A stretch of 28,626 nucleotides of DNA, taken from Promethearchaeota archaeon (lineage in GTDB: Archaea; Asgardarchaeota; Lokiarchaeia; Sigyniarchaeales; SOKP01). Made by a program: the position numbers and the translations under genes. The stretch covers positions 1 through 28,626 of the forward strand of contig SHMW01000055.1 in assembly GCA_008080735.1 (NCBI GenBank). Reading direction: 5' to 3'. Position 1 is the first letter of the stretch; each line of letters begins with the position of its first letter. Below, piece after piece: positions 25,848 through 28,626 of this stretch. The notes beneath the pieces were generated by a model. That model searched no databases and had not been told where the DNA came from. It saw only the letters and a list, made by a program, of their open reading frames with translations.

Positions 25848-28625
25848 TTATTTAGATAGTTTTTCTAATTCCTTCGACTTTTTAGTGTATTCTTTGACAT
25901 AGTCTTGCATTTCATTCAAACCCAATTTGAAGATTTCGGAGGCTTTCTTTGATGCTTGTTTGTAATATTTCGACGCCGTTTCGTATTCTTCTTGTTTGGC
26001 CGCTTTTTGTGCTTGTCGCTCAAGGTCCATCATCTCTAATCTATGATCATCTATTTCCGTAATTCGGATTACATCTTGGATCTCTTCAAACATCTTTTTC
26101 ATGTCCCAATTATTGGCAATTATCCCCGCATCTTTATAGATATCGATGGCTTTTTCATAATTGTGGGCGCCTCGTTCTTTCTTGGCTTTTTTCAAGAGCT
26201 TCTTGATTTCCTTTTTCGCTTGTTTTTCATCTTCAATAACCGTTTCTCCAACTTTCGACTTCACTGGGGCAGAAATAATTTCTTCTCTTTCTTTCATGCT
26301 TGCGATATAGGCTTCCCGCTCTTCTGGTGTCATTTCTACCAATTGATTAACGATCCTAGCTTTTTCTTCTGCGGGCAATTCAGTAAACTCATTGATTCTC
26401 TTTTCAATCAATTTACGTTCTTCGGGAGTGATTGGTGTCTTTTCTAAACTTGAAATATCAATTGGAACCAATAATTCATTATCTCGAAGTTCTTTAATAC
26501 CCATAAAAATCTCTGCGATTCCCTTTTTAGTTTCCTGCATTGCTTGGTCTAATAGCTTGGATATGAAGAAAAACTTCCTATCCGACTCCTGCTTTATATC
26601 TTGGGCAATCTCTAATATCTCCCTACTTTCAGGTTTTTTCAATTTCTTCACATCCGAAAGCTCATATTCAAGTGTATGAGGGAGTATAATAGAGGTGTGG
26701 AAATTCTCATCAATTAAATGTCCCGCATCCCTAAATATATTTAATTGCCCCCGCCACTCTGGAAGAGCCTCGTTATATTTCTCTTCAAACGCGGCAATAA
26801 AATTTTTTAGATGCTGTCGTAGAATCAAAGAGGCTCGTTTTCCCAATACTAATGCCACACGAATATATTCTCCGTCCGCTAAGAGTAGCATTTTATCTCC
26901 GTATCTAATTTCATTTAATGCTTTTTGCGATTCAACTTCTTTTCCAAACGATGAGACGGCTGATATAAACCCGCTGATTAGATCTGGGTCTATCTTTTCG
27001 GAGCCAAATGAGCGGAAAAAGATGCATGTCCCGCTGCCTTTATATAACACGAGAAGATGCTCCATATTGACCGCATCCTCGAACATTGTCTTTACTTCTT
27101 TGAGCACTCTCTGCTTTTCGCGCTTCTTAGGGAGAACCACGCCACGATATACTCCTACCGATATTCCTACCGCAGCGAGCACCCCAATTCCAATAAAGAT
27201 ATAGGGTAATAAATCTTCTAAGTTGATTGCGGGTGCTGGATTAATTTGAATATCTGTTATATCTATAGATGATGTGGTGTAATTATAAGCCCCAATGAAC
27301 TCGATTTGAATAGACATATTTTTATCATTTATCCCAGGAGTAACACTAAAACTTATTTCCCCGATAGAATCGGATATTTTATTGAACTGATTTGAAGCGG
27401 TTCCATCAAAGCTGGGAGTAATAATAACTTGTGTATTCGGCAATCCGAGCCATTCAGTGTCGTTATAATATTCTAGCTTGAGTGTGATTGAGACCGCATT
27501 CCCAGCAGTTACTTCTGATGGTTGATCGACAACTGTGATATTGACTTGATATTTATTCCTGATTGTTAAATTAAAGAATATTGGTTCTACTTCGAAATTT
27601 TCTGCATCAACCGTAAGGTTCATACTATAAAAACCCGGTGATAAGTCTGAAGTACGGATATATCCTGTATATATTCCATCGCCACTTATTGGTTGAGTTG
27701 GATGATTTGTAAGAAATCCAAAAACACTAGGGTTATTCACATTCAAATAACCAATCGAAAAATTAGCTGTGGTTCCAACATTTACCGTATCATATTCAAT
27801 ATAATCAATGAATGTAATGTTAAATTCAATAAACAAATCACTTTCAATAAAGCAAGTGTAATTATTAGGTTCTTCTTGAGGGATTTGACCTCCAGCATCA
27901 GAGAAATATTGAAGATTAATTTGGGTCTCATTACCAATAAGATAAAAATCGAAATCATAAGTTGTCCAATTGTAGTTTGGTGAATAGGAAACATTAATCC
28001 TTAAATAATACCATCCGATCTCTAGGCTATTTACACTTATGTTCAGTTGATAATATCCGCCATCTTTTTCATATAAACTCCATTGGAAACCAACATCCCA
28101 TTCTAAACCGCTTGAACGATTATAAACAGTGATATCGCTCGTTGTTAATCCAATTACAGGTTTACCATTGTTGTCAGTATCATTTAGATAGAAATTTAAA
28201 GTTTGATTGTTTCCCGAAAATATACTGAGAGGATGAGAAAAGTTAGCACTTGTGATGACTGTCTGAGCTTTTATCACCGTGAAATTTAATCGAATTTCCT
28301 TTAATTCATAGCCAATAGCTGAGATATTAAAAAGGAAGGAATAGACTTCCTCTTGAACTTGAATTTCACTAGTGTCTAATTCCATTGTATAATTCCCGTT
28401 TCCATCATTGAACAGATGGTAGTCCAATCCTGTTGGTATTTCAATCCCAGACCAATTTATACTCGTAACAGGACTGTTTTCCGTATCGCTATAATTTAGT
28501 GTGTAGGAAGCATTATTTCCTCTAATTATAGTTCCAAGATTTTTATAAATACCAGGAGAAACAGTTGTAGTTATTTGTCGATGGAAGGTATATGTCGTAG
28601 ATGCCGAATCGTAATTGGGTTTAGA
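25848..28625 (-). CDS. Large single-pass membrane protein: Ig-like glycosylated ectodomain, TM, cytoplasmic longin-like domain, helical C-terminus (5'-truncated by window)
   Basis: Frame open from the window edge (SKPNYDSAST...) into the 28427 ORF; more than 20 N-x-S/T sequons before the TM (about 27213-27132); EHLLVLYKGSGTCIF...DPDLISGFISAVSSFGKE...FEEKY longin-type pattern. Confidence 0.85.
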   Translation of the reverse strand, partial: SKPNYDSASTTYTFHRQITTTVSPGIYKNLGTIIRGNNASYTLNYSDTENSPVTSINWSGIEIPTGLDYHLFNDGNGNYTMELDTSEIQVQEEVYSFLFNISAIGYELKEIRLNFTVIKAQTVITSANFSHPLSIFSGNNQTLNFYLNDTDNNGKPVIGLTTSDITVYNRSSGLEWDVGFQWSLYEKDGGYYQLNISVNSLEIGWYYLRINVSYSPNYNWTTYDFDFYLIGNETQINLQYFSDAGGQIPQEEPNNYTCFIESDLFIEFNITFIDYIEYDTVNVGTTANFSIGYLNVNNPSVFGFLTNHPTQPISGDGIYTGYIRTSDLSPGFYSMNLTVDAENFEVEPIFFNLTIRNKYQVNITVVDQPSEVTAGNAVSITLKLEYYNDTEWLGLPNTQVIITPSFDGTASNQFNKISDSIGEISFSVTPGINDKNMSIQIEFIGAYNYTTSSIDITDIQINPAPAINLEDLLPYIFIGIGVLAAVGISVGVYRGVVLPKKREKQRVLKEVKTMFEDAVNMEHLLVLYKGSGTCIFFRSFGSEKIDPDLISGFISAVSSFGKEVESQKALNEIRYGDKMLLLADGEYIRVALVLGKRASLILRQHLKNFIAAFEEKYNEALPEWRGQLNIFRDAGHLIDENFHTSIILPHTLEYELSDVKKLKKPESREILEIAQDIKQESDRKFFFISKLLDQAMQETKKGIAEIFMGIKELRDNELLVPIDISSLEKTPITPEERKLIEKRINEFTELPAEEKARIVNQLVEMTPEEREAYIASMKEREEIISAPVKSKVGETVIEDEKQAKKEIKKLLKKAKKERGAHNYEKAIDIYKDAGIIANNWDMKKMFEEIQDVIRITEIDDHRLEMMDLERQAQKAAKQEEYETASKYYKQASKKASEIFKLGLNEMQDYVKEYTKKSKELEKLSK

Positions 28626-28626
28626 T

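Noticed and set aside
1401-27994. Remaining 60-170 aa overlapping ORFs in the track
   Set aside because: All nested in or antisense to well-supported genes, with no motifs
1-28626. CRISPR arrays, tRNA/rRNA genes, intact transposases, defence operons
   Set aside because: No spaced direct repeats, cloverleaf or GC-rich RNA genes, or such ORFs seen by eye

Overview
AT-rich archaeal chromosomal window, most likely from an Asgard archaeon (Lokiarchaeia/Promethearchaeota-like). That assignment is inferred from archaeal-type PheRS/TyrRS/PPAT, DUF1512, a roadblock/LC7 gene, a longin-domain membrane protein, a long LRR protein and a RAD51-like RadA. It holds about 22 mostly housekeeping genes: pheS-pheT-pheA, coaD, ppdK, tyrS, a Vps29-like phosphoesterase, a class V aminotransferase, a U32 hydroxylase, dCMP deaminase, aspartokinase, a divergent PGI and radA. 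The most striking signal is in the 480-bp region upstream of pheS-pheT-pheA. There an unannotated minus-strand leader ORF (4831/4846->4739) encodes ...NSFFGFFKFFILPREY*. Its last codons form the 5' arm of a perfect 10-bp hairpin followed by a U-tract, which is the layout of a bacterial pheL/pheM-type, ribosome-sensed Phe attenuator, here in an archaeon. Other highlights are a 142-bp internally deleted IS200/IS605 relic with IS608-like end signals, an SCP2 gene that appears to start at ATT, a RadA with an N-terminal zinc finger plus long acidic repeat, and a glycosylated single-pass receptor-like protein with a cytoplasmic longin domain. All calls are by eye; no database searches were run.
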